Positions 43,187 to 53,487 of a DNA stretch of 64,000 nucleotides are shown here, one piece after another (the stretch's first letter is position 1; every line of letters starts with the position of its first letter). Origin of the DNA: Flavobacteriales bacterium (lineage in GTDB: Bacteria; Bacteroidota; Bacteroidia; Flavobacteriales; UBA7430); the NCBI GenBank assembly GCA_022425195.1, contig JAKMFX010000027.1:1511-65510 (forward strand). Reading direction: 5' to 3'. The notes below the pieces were generated by a model that searched no databases, was not told the origin of the DNA, and worked only from the letters and a program-made list of their open reading frames with translations. The position numbers and the translations under genes were made by a program.

Positions 43187-44650
43187 ATGAAGCATTTTAA
43201 TCATTTATGCTTATTCCTTTTATTGGGATACTCCATGCAAGCACAGAATCATGTTGATGTACTTCGCTTCTCTAATGAGAACCTATGGGGTACTGCTCGA
43301 TATGTTTCTATGGGAGGTGCTTTTGGAGCACTTGGCGCTAATGCCAGCTCAACAAGCTACAACCCAGCAGGAATTGCGACACACACCACAAACGAGCTTT
43401 CCGGGAGCATCAATTTCAGTGACCTAGAATCACAATCTATGTTTCAGCACTCTTCCAATAAATTCAATAAAAACAGAACGCTATCCATACCCAACATAAA
43501 CTATGTAAATGCTACTGTCTTTGACCCTGAGGATTTTGGAGATTGGAATCGATGGAATTTCGGCCTAGGCTTCAACAGACTTGACGACTATAATCAAGAC
43601 ATATATTTGGAACAGAACTTTTCTTCTTCTGATCAAAGCCAATTCCCACTGAGCGAACTGTTCTTGAGAAATGCCAGTGGGAAACCACACTATGATTTAC
43701 ATGATTTTAGGGAAAAATTAGCTTTCAACACCTACGTAATTGACAGCATAGGAGGCATTGGAAACTACAAATCAAATGCTAATTTTTCGAACACAATGCA
43801 AAGCTACAAATCCAATCAATCAGGAAGTAAAAATGAGTTTTACTTCAGTCTGGGAGCGGCTTACCAAAACAGACTCTTTCTTGGCCTAACCATTGGATTC
43901 CCGAGTATTGAGTTCAAACAAGTGACCACAACTACCGAAAGCAACTACAATCCCAGCCCTGGAGACACTACCCTATTGAGATCCTTTAACTACAAAACAA
44001 ACCTCTCAGTTTCAGGCTCTGGGGTCAACCTCAAACTCGGACTTATCTATAAATTGGATGAAAATATCCGCTACGGATTTGCACTTCACACACCTACCTA
44101 TTACGAACTTCAAGAAGAATATTGGGCAAGCATGACTTCAGACTTTGTCGATGAAGAGCAACTTAGGTATGATGAATCTACAGTAGGCATTTTCGATTAC
44201 GGACTCTACACACCCTTTAAAATGATGAACAGCCTGGCCGTCATCATAAAGAAAAAAGCCGTCATCAGTATTGATCATGAGTATCTAGACTATGGAACTT
44301 CTAAAATTACTTCAGATTTCTACAATTTTACAGAGACCAATAAAGACGTAAAGAATTACTACAAGAGCACATCCAATATAAAGATAGGTGGTGAATTCAG
44401 AATACATCCGCAACTCAGTCTAAGAGGTGGGTATGCATTATATGGCAGTCCTTTTGCCAACAACCTAAATGATGCGAGCAAGGAATATTTGACTTTAGGA
44501 TTGGGCTTAAAAGTAAAACAATACTTTTTTGATCTGACTCATGTCAGCTCACTGAGCAAAGAAGACTTATACATCTATGATGGGGCTTCCACAGCGAGTA
44601 TAGAATCAAACAACAGCCAACTCTTGTTCTCCGCCGGATTCAAATTCTAA
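43187..44650 (+). CDS. Outer-membrane beta-barrel protein, FadL/OMPP1-like
   Basis: Signal peptide ending ...SMQAQN. N-terminal ARYVSMGGAFGALGANASSTSYNPAGIA resembles the FadL-family hatch motif. The protein ends ...FSAGFKF with a terminal Phe, typical of an OMP beta-signal. Its start is 8 nt after the upstream gene. Confidence 0.55.
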   Translation: MKHFNHLCLFLLLGYSMQAQNHVDVLRFSNENLWGTARYVSMGGAFGALGANASSTSYNPAGIATHTTNELSGSINFSDLESQSMFQHSSNKFNKNRTLSIPNINYVNATVFDPEDFGDWNRWNFGLGFNRLDDYNQDIYLEQNFSSSDQSQFPLSELFLRNASGKPHYDLHDFREKLAFNTYVIDSIGGIGNYKSNANFSNTMQSYKSNQSGSKNEFYFSLGAAYQNRLFLGLTIGFPSIEFKQVTTTTESNYNPSPGDTTLLRSFNYKTNLSVSGSGVNLKLGLIYKLDENIRYGFALHTPTYYELQEEYWASMTSDFVDEEQLRYDESTVGIFDYGLYTPFKMMNSLAVIIKKKAVISIDHEYLDYGTSKITSDFYNFTETNKDVKNYYKSTSNIKIGGEFRIHPQLSLRGGYALYGSPFANNLNDASKEYLTLGLGLKVKQYFFDLTHVSSLSKEDLYIYDGASTASIESNNSQLLFSAGFKF

Positions 44651-44662
44651 ACCATTACTCAC

Positions 44663-44691
44663 AAAAAAAGGCATCCATGATGGATGCCTTT
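44663..44691. terminator. Bidirectional terminator between the convergent barrel gene and the zinc-ribbon gene
   Basis: AAAGGCATCCA-TGA-TGGATGCCTTT forms an 11-bp stem. A 7-nt A-run upstream gives a T-run on the minus strand. Confidence 0.8.
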
Positions 44692-44712
44692 ATGGGGTAG
44701 ATGGGTTTTTGT

Positions 44713-45459
44713 TTATTCAACGCCAGCCATCACTTTATCTACTAGTATGCGTCCACAGTGTTCACAAACCGTCACTTTCTTTCGTGCAGCAATATCCATC
44801 TGTCTTTGAGGGGGTACGGTGTTGAAACAGCCACCACAAGCATCTCTGAGAACAGGAACAACAGCCAAACCGTTTCTCACGTTACCTCTAAGCCTTTTGT
44901 AAGCATTCAGCAATCGTTCATCGATCACTTTTTCGGCAGTTACGGATTCTTTTGATAATTTCTCCTCATCTTTTTGAGTTTCAGAAATGATACTCTCAAG
45001 CTCAGAGTTTTTAGTTTTCAGATCCTCTTGGCGTTCCTCAAGACGAGTCTTAGCCGTAGAAATAACATCCATTTTACCAACAATAGAAGACTTAGCTTCT
45101 TTAATTCTCTTTTCTGCTAATTCAATTTCAAGGTTTTGAAATTCAATTTCTTTGTTCAAAGAATCAAACTCTCTGTTGTTACGAATGTTCTTTAACTGCT
45201 CTTCATACTTCGCGATCAAAGCTTTTGAATCTAAAATCATAGATTCTTTCTCTTTTACAGATGCATCGAAGTCTGCAATCTCATCGTTGATATTAGAAAC
45301 ACGAGTTTGCAAACCTGCAATTTCATCTTCTAAATCTTGTACCTCTAAAGGCAGTTCTCCACGTAAAATCTTTATTTTATCGATTTGCGTGTCTATGGTT
45401 TGAAGTTTATATAAAGCGATTAGCTTATCTTCAACGGTAGCTTGTTTTGCTTTTGCCAT
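44713..45459 (-). CDS. Coiled-coil protein with C-terminal C4 zinc ribbon (COG1579-type)
   Basis: Long heptad-rich region followed by CGGC...CEHCGRIL. The conserved pairing with the Nif3 gene is present. Confidence 0.8.
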   Translation of the reverse strand: MAKAKQATVEDKLIALYKLQTIDTQIDKIKILRGELPLEVQDLEDEIAGLQTRVSNINDEIADFDASVKEKESMILDSKALIAKYEEQLKNIRNNREFDSLNKEIEFQNLEIELAEKRIKEAKSSIVGKMDVISTAKTRLEERQEDLKTKNSELESIISETQKDEEKLSKESVTAEKVIDERLLNAYKRLRGNVRNGLAVVPVLRDACGGCFNTVPPQRQMDIAARKKVTVCEHCGRILVDKVMAGVE

Positions 45460-45462
45460 CTC

Positions 45463-46557
45463 TTACAAATAGTTGATTGGATTGGTATTTACCTTTGACA
45501 AATGAACTGCAAATCTAGGAAAATTTTTGCGAAGAAAATCAGCAATTAGGTCTATAGTGTATTGTTCACTTTCATAATGTCCTATATCGGCAATTACAAT
45601 GGATTTTTCAGCATCGAAAAACTCATGGTATTTAAAATCTGATGTAATGAAAATATCAGCGCCTGCCTGCTTTGCATCGCCAAGAAGGAAACTTCCTGAT
45701 CCACCACATAAAGCCACCTTTTTAATTTTTTTGTTGGGTAGTTTGGTATGCCGAATACAGTCGGTTTTGAGGCTTTCTTTGGTCAAATTCAAGAAATCTA
45801 CGTCTAGAATCGGTTCTTTAAGCGCTCCAATCATTCCAGAACCGACGAATGGATTTGTGTTCTCCAAAGAGATCACTTGATAGGCGACTTCCTCATAAGG
45901 ATGAGCAGATTTTAGAGTAGACAACAACTTAGTTTCAATACATGAGGGAAATATCAATTCTATACGTTCTTCTGTGACATGCTCACGAACTTCTTTTTCA
46001 CCGATTACTGGATTCGAAGCTTCAGAACCTTTAAAAGTACCTATACCCTCTGCCGAAAAAGCACACTCACTGTATGCTCCAAGCTTTCCGGCACCGGCAT
46101 CGAACAGGGCATTTCTGACCATTTCGGCATCTTGTTTGGGCACGTAGGTAATTAACTTCTTCAAGAAACCCCTTTTTGGCGCAAGCACTCGAGTATTAAC
46201 CAGCCCCAATCGATCAGCCATCTTCTTACTAACGCCAGTGTGAATGTTGTCTAAATTTGTATGCAGTGCATACAGGGCTATATCGTTTTTAATGGCTTTA
46301 AGAACCGTACGCTCTACATAATTTTTTCCCGTAAGGCTTTTCAATCCCTTAAATACAATGGGATGATGTGAAACAATTACATTACATTGGTTTTGAATCG
46401 CTTCTTCCACCACATCTTCAATTGCGTCCAAACTGACCAAAACACCGGTTACATCTCGGTTTGGATCTCCTACAATTAACCCGCTATTGTCGTAACCCTC
46501 CTGGTAAGCCAAAGGAGCCCAAGCTTCCAATTTATCACACAATTCCCTCAGTTTCAT
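45463..46557 (-). CDS. Nif3-like dinuclear metal centre protein (long form with inserted domain)
   Basis: WAPLAYQEGYDNSGL, VSHHPIVF and HYESE blocks. 364 aa. Confidence 0.85.
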   Translation of the reverse strand: MKLRELCDKLEAWAPLAYQEGYDNSGLIVGDPNRDVTGVLVSLDAIEDVVEEAIQNQCNVIVSHHPIVFKGLKSLTGKNYVERTVLKAIKNDIALYALHTNLDNIHTGVSKKMADRLGLVNTRVLAPKRGFLKKLITYVPKQDAEMVRNALFDAGAGKLGAYSECAFSAEGIGTFKGSEASNPVIGEKEVREHVTEERIELIFPSCIETKLLSTLKSAHPYEEVAYQVISLENTNPFVGSGMIGALKEPILDVDFLNLTKESLKTDCIRHTKLPNKKIKKVALCGGSGSFLLGDAKQAGADIFITSDFKYHEFFDAEKSIVIADIGHYESEQYTIDLIADFLRKNFPRFAVHLSKVNTNPINYL

Positions 46558-46627
46558 ATTTAATTTTTAAGCAAAATAATGGTTTTTTTTCAATAGCAAT
46601 CATCAATAGATTGTGTATTTTCGAAAA

Positions 46628-47680
46628 ATGAATAGGTTAAAAATCATCCTAAGCCCTCTCGCGGTTATTTATTTCATCATTACCTCCTTTAGAAATTCAC
46701 TTTTTAAATGGGGTGTATTGACCCAATACAAATCCAGTCTTCCCGTTCTTAGTATTGGAAATCTAAGCATGGGAGGGACCGGAAAAACACCACATGTTGC
46801 ATTTGTACTGGAAAACACACAACACCTCAAAAGAGCCGTCATCAGCAGAGGGTATGGTCGTAAAAACAAAAAACTCATAGAGGGGAACAGTGATATCCAC
46901 ACCAGCAAAGACATGGGAGATGAACCTATGGAGTTGCTGGAAAGATTTGAGGGCAATCATTTTAAAATGATTGTAGAAGGTAAAAGAGCAAAAGCCCTTC
47001 AATACTTAGAAAGTCATGACATCCCTACAGACCTGGTCATCCTTGACGATGGGCTACAACACCAATATGCTCACAGAGACCTGAACGTACTTTTGACAGA
47101 ACACAACAAACCCTTTTACAAAGACTTTGTCTTCCCAATGGGGACGCTTCGTGAGCACAGAAACGGAGCCAAAAGAGCTGACATCATCATTGTTACAAAA
47201 TGCCCTGAAAACATATCAATAAGCGATCGGGAAGAAATCATTAGCAAAATTACTCCATACAGCTCCGCGACTGTTTTATTTACTAAGATTAACCACCAAG
47301 GTTATTTGAATCGAGCGAATGAAGAAATCGAATTAAACAGACACAAAAACTACCTGCTTGTTACAGGCATTGCGAATCCAAAACCCCTATACAAACACCT
47401 TGATGATACAAACATTTCATATGTACCTATGAAATTCCCTGACCATCATAGCTTCTCTATAAAAGATTTGAAAGAGATTACAGAAAAGTCCAAGGACTTT
47501 GAGGGCATCATTACCACCGAAAAAGATTGGATGCGCTTGCGAGAGTCGTCAGAGATTCTCGGAAAATCAAAACCCATTTTTAGATTAAAAATTGGCGTAG
47601 AATTTATAAATGCCGAGCAATCTAAAGAATTTAATGAGCATTTACATTCAATACTTCTACCTCGTAAAAAACAAAACTAG
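46628..47680 (+). CDS. lpxK: Tetraacyldisaccharide 4'-kinase
   Basis: P-loop GNLSMGGTGKTP and LDDGLQH. Start moved from GTG 46613 to ATG 46628. Confidence 0.9.
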   Translation: MNRLKIILSPLAVIYFIITSFRNSLFKWGVLTQYKSSLPVLSIGNLSMGGTGKTPHVAFVLENTQHLKRAVISRGYGRKNKKLIEGNSDIHTSKDMGDEPMELLERFEGNHFKMIVEGKRAKALQYLESHDIPTDLVILDDGLQHQYAHRDLNVLLTEHNKPFYKDFVFPMGTLREHRNGAKRADIIIVTKCPENISISDREEIISKITPYSSATVLFTKINHQGYLNRANEEIELNRHKNYLLVTGIANPKPLYKHLDDTNISYVPMKFPDHHSFSIKDLKEITEKSKDFEGIITTEKDWMRLRESSEILGKSKPIFRLKIGVEFINAEQSKEFNEHLHSILLPRKKQN

Positions 47681-47809
47681 AACTTAGGAAAACACCTAAA
47701 TACAAAACCAATAGCAACGCATAGAGTAAAATATTGATTTTGAGTTTAACCAACATTCAAGACCCTAAATTATCACAGCCGAAGAAATGTGATGATGATT
47801 CCCTTTTTG

Positions 47810-47817
47810 TATCTTTG
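47810..47817 (+). promoter_or_regulatory. Candidate -7 box TATCTTTG for gatB
   Basis: Exact TAnnTTTG 20 nt upstream of ATG 47838. No clear -33 element. Confidence 0.4.
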
Positions 47818-47837
47818 GCGCTAAATTTTCACGACTT

Positions 47838-49292
47838 ATGTCTATAGATTACAACAAATATGAAACGGTAATTGGCTTGGAGATACACGTCCAACTCAAC
47901 ACCTTAAGTAAAACATACTGTTCCGACGCCACAAAATTCGGCGCCGCTCCCAACACAAACATCAGTCCTATATCACTCGGCCATCCCGGAACCCTTCCCG
48001 TTGCCAACGAAAAGGTAATAGAATACGCGGTACGTCTAGGAATTGCCTTGAATTGTGACATTAGAGAGCGAAATGAATATGCCCGTAAAAACTATTTCTA
48101 TGCCGATCTACCCAAAGGCTATCAAATCACACAAGATAAAACACCCATCTGCAATGGAGGTTTTGTCCAAGTAACAGATAAAGAAGGGAATCCCAAAAAG
48201 ATTGAATTGACCCGTGTTCACATGGAAGAAGATGCGGGGAAAAGTATTCATGACATCGATCCATTTGACTCTCTCATCGACTTAAACCGAGCAGGAGTTC
48301 CTCTACTGGAAATTGTCAGCGAGCCTGTTTTACGCTCCGGAGAAGAGGCATACAGCTTTATTACTGAAGTTAGGAAGTTGGTTCGGTACCTTGACATCTG
48401 TGATGGTAATATGGAAGAAGGATCTATGAGATGTGATGCAAACATTTCGGTTCGTCCAAAAGGAAGTAATGAATTATGGAATCGTGTAGAAGTCAAAAAC
48501 ATGAACTCCATCCGAAACGTTCAAAAAGCGATTGAACTAGAATCTAAAAGACAAATCGAAGTTTATGAGTCTGGAGGTGAAGTTGATCAGGAGACTCGAA
48601 GCTTTAATCCTGTAAAAAATGTGACCTCTGTATTGCGTTCCAAGGAAGATGCTCACGACTACAGATACTTCCCTGAACCCGATCTATCTCCGGTATTAAT
48701 CAGAGAAGATTATATCGAAAAAATCAGAGCAACGCTACCCGCTTTACCTGAAGAATTATTTAGCAAATACACCAAAGAATTTGGTTTATCCGACTATGAT
48801 GCTAGCAATCTTACAGACACCAAAGGCATAGCCCTCTATTTTAATCAGATTTCGAAACACACCCAAGAATACAAAATGGCCGCTAACATTGTCATGGGGC
48901 CTTTGAAGTCTTACCTGAACGACAAAGCCATTGAAATCGAAGAATTCCATTTATCCGCTTCACGTATTTCAGAAATGATACAGCTGATCAAAGAGGGTAA
49001 AATAGCGAACTCGAAAGCCAATCAAGAACTTTTTCCTCTGATGATTGAAAATCCAGAAGTAACGGTTCAAAAATTGGCAGAAGAGAACCAATTGATTCAA
49101 GAGTCTGATTCAGATGCGCTCCTTGGATTCGTTCAGCAAGCCATTGCTAAATTCCCTGACAAAGCAGAGGCCTATAAAAAGGGGAAAAAGAATTTATTAG
49201 GGCTGTTCATGGGAGAAGTAATGAAGCTTTCAAGAGGTAAAGCAGACCCTAAAGTTACCAACCAAATGATTCGAGAAGAACTCGAAAAATAA
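47838..49292 (+). CDS. gatB: Asp/Glu-tRNA amidotransferase subunit B
   Basis: YETVIGLEIHVQL N-terminus, MEEGSMRCDANIS, and a C-terminal YqeY-like domain. Confidence 0.96.
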   Translation: MSIDYNKYETVIGLEIHVQLNTLSKTYCSDATKFGAAPNTNISPISLGHPGTLPVANEKVIEYAVRLGIALNCDIRERNEYARKNYFYADLPKGYQITQDKTPICNGGFVQVTDKEGNPKKIELTRVHMEEDAGKSIHDIDPFDSLIDLNRAGVPLLEIVSEPVLRSGEEAYSFITEVRKLVRYLDICDGNMEEGSMRCDANISVRPKGSNELWNRVEVKNMNSIRNVQKAIELESKRQIEVYESGGEVDQETRSFNPVKNVTSVLRSKEDAHDYRYFPEPDLSPVLIREDYIEKIRATLPALPEELFSKYTKEFGLSDYDASNLTDTKGIALYFNQISKHTQEYKMAANIVMGPLKSYLNDKAIEIEEFHLSASRISEMIQLIKEGKIANSKANQELFPLMIENPEVTVQKLAEENQLIQESDSDALLGFVQQAIAKFPDKAEAYKKGKKNLLGLFMGEVMKLSRGKADPKVTNQMIREELEK

Positions 49293-49295
49293 GTG

Positions 49296-50408
49296 ATGAG
49301 AGGATTATTTCCAGCTTTATGTATCTTAACCTTAGTAGTGGCCTGTGAACCTAAGAGTGAAAAATACCAAGGAGACTTTACCGTTCAGGTGAATCTCAAA
49401 GGAGTTGACACCCTCATATTTGAACGAATTGAAGCAGAAGATTTGCGATTGGTGGACACCTTATTTACAGAAGAGGGTGAATTTACAGCGACTGATACCC
49501 TAAACGGCTCCGGATTTTTCCTCTTGCGAACACCTCAGGGAGATGGCATCAACCTTTTGATTGAAAAGGGTGAAGCGGTAAGCATTGCTGGCGACTCAAC
49601 AGATTGGGTCGAAAACAACCAGATTAAGGGTTCTATAGGTTCTGCTCTGACTTCAGAACTTCAAAAAAAACTTATTGATTTTGAAACGAAAATTGACCTG
49701 ATTTACGAAGAAGCTAAATACGCACAAAAAGAAGATTTTACTTCCCTTCAAAATCGATTCAACACGGACCTCAAAGAACATACAGACTACTTAAAGTCAG
49801 TCATAGATTCGAACCCAGAATCAAAAATCTCAGTATTGGCACTCTTCCAAACGTTAAAAGGAGAAACCATACTTAACATTTACGAGGATTTTGATTATTA
49901 CGAAAAAGTGGAAAAGCAATTTCAATTGAAATGGCCCGAGTCTTCTCATAGTAAAATTCTCAGCGAAATTACAAAAACAGCTTTTGCTCCTAACTTCACC
50001 ATGAATGACATTAATGGTGACTCATTTTCACTTAGCCAATTCGATGGAAAGGTAGTCCTCTTGGATTTTTGGGCATCTTGGTGTAGACCTTGTCGTTTAG
50101 CCAATCCAAAAGTTGTTGAATTGTATCACAAATACCACGCTAAAGGATTAGAAATTGTAGGGATCTCTCTGGATGGAAACCCTCGACAAAAAAATCCAGC
50201 AGAAGACTGGGTTAATGCTGTAAAAGAAGATCAATTACCGTGGACACATGTCAGTGATCTGAAAGGATGGGAAACGGAGATTCGAAATAGCTATGATTTT
50301 AGAAGCATCCCTCACACCGTCTTGTTAGACGCCAACAGACGTATTCTGGGAGAAAACCTTAGTTTCGAAATTTTAGATCGTAAAATCTCAGAAAGACTGA
50401 ATCCATAA
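49296..50408 (+). CDS. TlpA-family thiol:disulfide oxidoreductase lipoprotein (N-terminal beta-domain plus thioredoxin fold)
   Basis: Lipobox LVVAC and redox motif WASWCRPC. The ATG at 49296 is preferred over the GTG at 49293. Confidence 0.85.
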   Translation: MRGLFPALCILTLVVACEPKSEKYQGDFTVQVNLKGVDTLIFERIEAEDLRLVDTLFTEEGEFTATDTLNGSGFFLLRTPQGDGINLLIEKGEAVSIAGDSTDWVENNQIKGSIGSALTSELQKKLIDFETKIDLIYEEAKYAQKEDFTSLQNRFNTDLKEHTDYLKSVIDSNPESKISVLALFQTLKGETILNIYEDFDYYEKVEKQFQLKWPESSHSKILSEITKTAFAPNFTMNDINGDSFSLSQFDGKVVLLDFWASWCRPCRLANPKVVELYHKYHAKGLEIVGISLDGNPRQKNPAEDWVNAVKEDQLPWTHVSDLKGWETEIRNSYDFRSIPHTVLLDANRRILGENLSFEILDRKISERLNP

Positions 50409-51185
50409 ATGTCTACAAAAACAAATATATATTTCGCCTCAGACTTTCATTTAGGCGCTCCAAATCACTCCGAAAGCCTCGAGAGGGAAAAGAAAATTGT
50501 TTCTTGGCTCAACAAAATTGAACAGGATGCCAAAGCGATCTATTTGGTTGGAGATATATTTGACGTATGGTATGAATGGAAGCACGCCGTTCCAAAAGGG
50601 CATGTACGTTTGCTAGGAAAACTGGCAGAGATATGTGATTCGGGGACTCCGGTACATTTCTTTACAGGGAATCATGACCTGTGGACCTTTGGTTATCTTG
50701 AAAAAGAAATTGGACTGCAAGTTCACAGACACCCGATTCAAGTCGAGCATCAAGGAAAGAAGCTATACATAGGTCATGGTGATGGCTTGGGACCTGGAGA
50801 CAGGAGTTACAAATTCCTCAAGAAAATATTTACAAATCGTCTATGTCAATGGCTGTTCTCGAGAATTCATCCAAACACTTCTTTTTCGCTGGCCAACTAC
50901 TTCTCAAGCACTAGCAGGATAACGAAGAAAGATAGCGATGAACAATTCAAAGGCGAAGATCAGGAGTGGCTTGTTCAGTACTCAAAAGAAATACTAAACG
51001 CGGAGCACTTTGACTACTTGATCTTTGGACACAGACACCTTCCTTTAGATATTGAATTGTCAAAAAAGAGTCGGTATATCAACCTCGGGGAATGGGTAAA
51101 TCACAATGCCTATGCGGTATTGGAAAATGGTCTTCTCGACCTTAAATTCTACGACTCATCGTGGACAAAGGCCATCAACAAATAA
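50409..51185 (+). CDS. lpxH: UDP-2,3-diacylglucosamine diphosphatase (LpxH-type metallophosphoesterase)
   Basis: SDFHLG, GDIFDVW, GNHD and GHGD motifs in LpxH order. The start abuts the upstream stop. Confidence 0.8.
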   Translation: MSTKTNIYFASDFHLGAPNHSESLEREKKIVSWLNKIEQDAKAIYLVGDIFDVWYEWKHAVPKGHVRLLGKLAEICDSGTPVHFFTGNHDLWTFGYLEKEIGLQVHRHPIQVEHQGKKLYIGHGDGLGPGDRSYKFLKKIFTNRLCQWLFSRIHPNTSFSLANYFSSTSRITKKDSDEQFKGEDQEWLVQYSKEILNAEHFDYLIFGHRHLPLDIELSKKSRYINLGEWVNHNAYAVLENGLLDLKFYDSSWTKAINK

Positions 51186-51228
51186 TTTACCCCCTCAAGT
51201 TCGTCTGCTTATCGCAAAAGACAATCAC

Positions 51229-52215
51229 TTAAACGTGAACTCTTTTTATCAAATCCGCCAGACGATTTGAATAGCCCATCTCATTATCGTACCAAGAAAC
51301 GATTTTAACCATCTTTCCAAGCACAGAAGTCAACTGAGCATCAAAAAGGCATGAGGCAGAACTGCCCAATACATCAGCGGATACAATAGGATCTTCAGTG
51401 TAAGCGACAATGCCCTGATGGGAAGTTCTCGAGGCTTCAAAAAAGATGCGATTCACCTCTTCAATAGAGCAATCTTTTTTTACCGTAAATGTAATATCGG
51501 TAAGTGAACCATTGGGAACGGGAACTCGCATCCCACAACCTCCGATTTCCAGATGGGGAAATATCTTGGTAATGGCCTTTGCAGCACCTGTTGTTGTGGG
51601 AATAATTGATAAGGCACCCGCACGTGCTCTCCGCAGATCTTTGTGGGGCGTGTCTTGCAAGTTTTGATCTTTGGTATATGAGTGAATCGTGGTAATATAA
51701 GACTGTTCTACCCCAAAGTTTTCATCAATGAGCTGAACCATAGGAGCGGCACAATTGGTGGTACACGATGCATTAGAAAGTAACACATCATCTTTAGTAA
51801 TGATGGCGTCGTTAACACCTAAAACAACCATTTTTAAATCATCGCTTTGTGAAGAAGCAGACAAAATCACCTTTTTAGCCCCTGCTTCAATATGCTTCTG
51901 TAAATCTGCCTTTGTCAAAAATTTCCCTGTTGCCTCAATTACGACATCACAATCCTTCCAGGACAAACGCTCCAAATCAGACTCATGTGATAAACGAATC
52001 GGCACATCATCAACAGCAATCGACGCATCAGATGATCTTATATCTGCATCAAAAGTCCCGTGAACAGAGTCATACTTCAGCAGGTGAGCCAGTGATTGAG
52101 GATCGGCTACATCATTTATCGCCACAACCTCCATCCCCTTTCGTTGATGAATCACACGAAAAACAGTCCTACCTATTCTTCCAAAACCGTTTATACCAAT
52201 TCGAATATTCTTCAT
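51229..52215 (-). CDS. gap: Type I glyceraldehyde-3-phosphate dehydrogenase
   Basis: INGFGRIGR and SNASCTTNC active-site motif. Confidence 0.96.
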   Translation of the reverse strand: MKNIRIGINGFGRIGRTVFRVIHQRKGMEVVAINDVADPQSLAHLLKYDSVHGTFDADIRSSDASIAVDDVPIRLSHESDLERLSWKDCDVVIEATGKFLTKADLQKHIEAGAKKVILSASSQSDDLKMVVLGVNDAIITKDDVLLSNASCTTNCAAPMVQLIDENFGVEQSYITTIHSYTKDQNLQDTPHKDLRRARAGALSIIPTTTGAAKAITKIFPHLEIGGCGMRVPVPNGSLTDITFTVKKDCSIEEVNRIFFEASRTSHQGIVAYTEDPIVSADVLGSSASCLFDAQLTSVLGKMVKIVSWYDNEMGYSNRLADLIKRVHV

Positions 52216-52226
52216 AATGACAAGCT

Positions 52227-52250
52227 AAAAAAAGAGGCGCTTGCCTCTTT
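52227..52250 (-). terminator. Rho-independent terminator after lipA
   Basis: Minus strand reads AAGAGGC-AAGC-GCCTCTT followed by TTTTTAG. It starts 2 nt after the lipA stop. Confidence 0.8.
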
Positions 52251-52251
52251 A

Positions 52252-53127
52252 TTACTTTAAATGTTTTTCTGCCTTGTAAGAAGACCTAACTAATGGGCCG
52301 CTTTCAACATACTGAATGCCTAACTCTAAGCCTATCTCCTTGTACTTTTCGAACTGCTCAGGGCTCACAAACTCTTTTACAGGAAGGTGTTTAGGTGTCG
52401 GCTGTAAGTACTGACCGAGTGTCAACACATCCAGGCCAACAGCCACCAAATCTTTCATCGCTTCAATGACCTCACCCTCTGTCTCCCCCAAGCCAAGCAT
52501 AATTCCTGTTTTGGTTCGCATACCCCCCTTTTTTAAGGTTTTAAGAACTTCTAAAGACCTTTCATAACGCGCTTGTATTCGGACAGAACGAGTCAATCGC
52601 TTCACCGTTTCCATATTGTGAGAAACTACTTCTGGTGCAACATCTATGATGCGTTGTATTTGAGACTCATTTCCCTTAAAGTCGGGAATGAGTGTTTCCA
52701 TAGTCGTACTAGGACTGACTCTGCGAACGGCTTTAACGGTGTCTGCCCATATAATAGAACCCCCGTCTTTTAAATCATCTCTATCTACAGAAGTAATAAC
52801 GGCATGCTTTACTTCCATTAACTTCACCGATCGGGCAACCCTCTCAGGCTCAGACCAATCTACAGCGAGAGGTTTACCGGTAGCTACAGCACAAAAACCA
52901 CAAGAGCGTGTACATATATTTCCCAAAATCATAAAGGTAGCAGTTCCCGCTCCCCAGCACTCCCCCATATTCGGACAGTTACCACTCTCACAAATCGTAT
53001 GAAGCTTATGATCTGAAACCAACTTACGGACTTTCTTATAACTCTTTCCCGTAGGGAGTTTTACCCTTAACCACTTAGGTTTACTTTGGTACTTTTCCTT
53101 TTTCTCTATCGTAGTCTCTGTAGCCAT
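52252..53127 (-). CDS. lipA: Lipoyl synthase
   Basis: Two Cys clusters, [12 protein letters not shown] and CTRSCGFC (radical SAM). Confidence 0.96.
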   Translation of the reverse strand: MATETTIEKKEKYQSKPKWLRVKLPTGKSYKKVRKLVSDHKLHTICESGNCPNMGECWGAGTATFMILGNICTRSCGFCAVATGKPLAVDWSEPERVARSVKLMEVKHAVITSVDRDDLKDGGSIIWADTVKAVRRVSPSTTMETLIPDFKGNESQIQRIIDVAPEVVSHNMETVKRLTRSVRIQARYERSLEVLKTLKKGGMRTKTGIMLGLGETEGEVIEAMKDLVAVGLDVLTLGQYLQPTPKHLPVKEFVSPEQFEKYKEIGLELGIQYVESGPLVRSSYKAEKHLK

Positions 53128-53166
53128 TTTTTAGCATTCATTTTGGGGAAACCCAAATTCTAACAC

Positions 53167-53487
53167 TTATATATTTACTTTTAAGTCACTAAAATCAATC
53201 GCATTATGAGAAGCGTGGTATTTACATTCCCCATCTTGAATCAACATCAACTGAGGGGATTGATGAACCACATTAAAATCTGTAGCAAGTTGATTGGAAA
53301 TAGACCTAAATTGAATGAGATCTAAATGAAAAGCTTGCACATCATCTAAATCATAATTTCTTTCAAAGCGACTTTTGACCATACTCGAAATAGAGCAACG
53401 TGTACTGTGCTTAAACACCACAAAAGGCTTTGATGCTTGTAAAGCATTATTTATTTGAGAATACTCTTCGAGTTCAGTCCAATTCAT
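53167..53487 (-). CDS. ytxJ: YtxJ-type monothiol thioredoxin-fold protein (bacillithiol-system associated family)
   Basis: The FKHSTRCSIS motif corresponds to the TCPIS-type single-Cys site. 106 aa. Confidence 0.8.
   Translation of the reverse strand: MNWTELEEYSQINNALQASKPFVVFKHSTRCSISSMVKSRFERNYDLDDVQAFHLDLIQFRSISNQLATDFNVVHQSPQLMLIQDGECKYHASHNAIDFSDLKVNI

Noticed and set aside
42301-43204. Alternative-frame and antisense ORFs (42301..42525, 42441..42776, 42535..42882, 42989..43204) overlapping the aromatic-rich gene.
   Set aside because: They are a consequence of the biased, repetitive codon composition of 42267..43178. Only that frame has a signal peptide and sensible operon spacing to the next gene.
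53142-53157. Hairpin TTTGGG-GAAA-CCCAAA between ytxJ and lipA.
   Set aside because: The stem is only 6 bp and there is no U-tract on the transcribed (minus) strand. It is not a convincing terminator, and ytxJ-lipA read-through is more likely.
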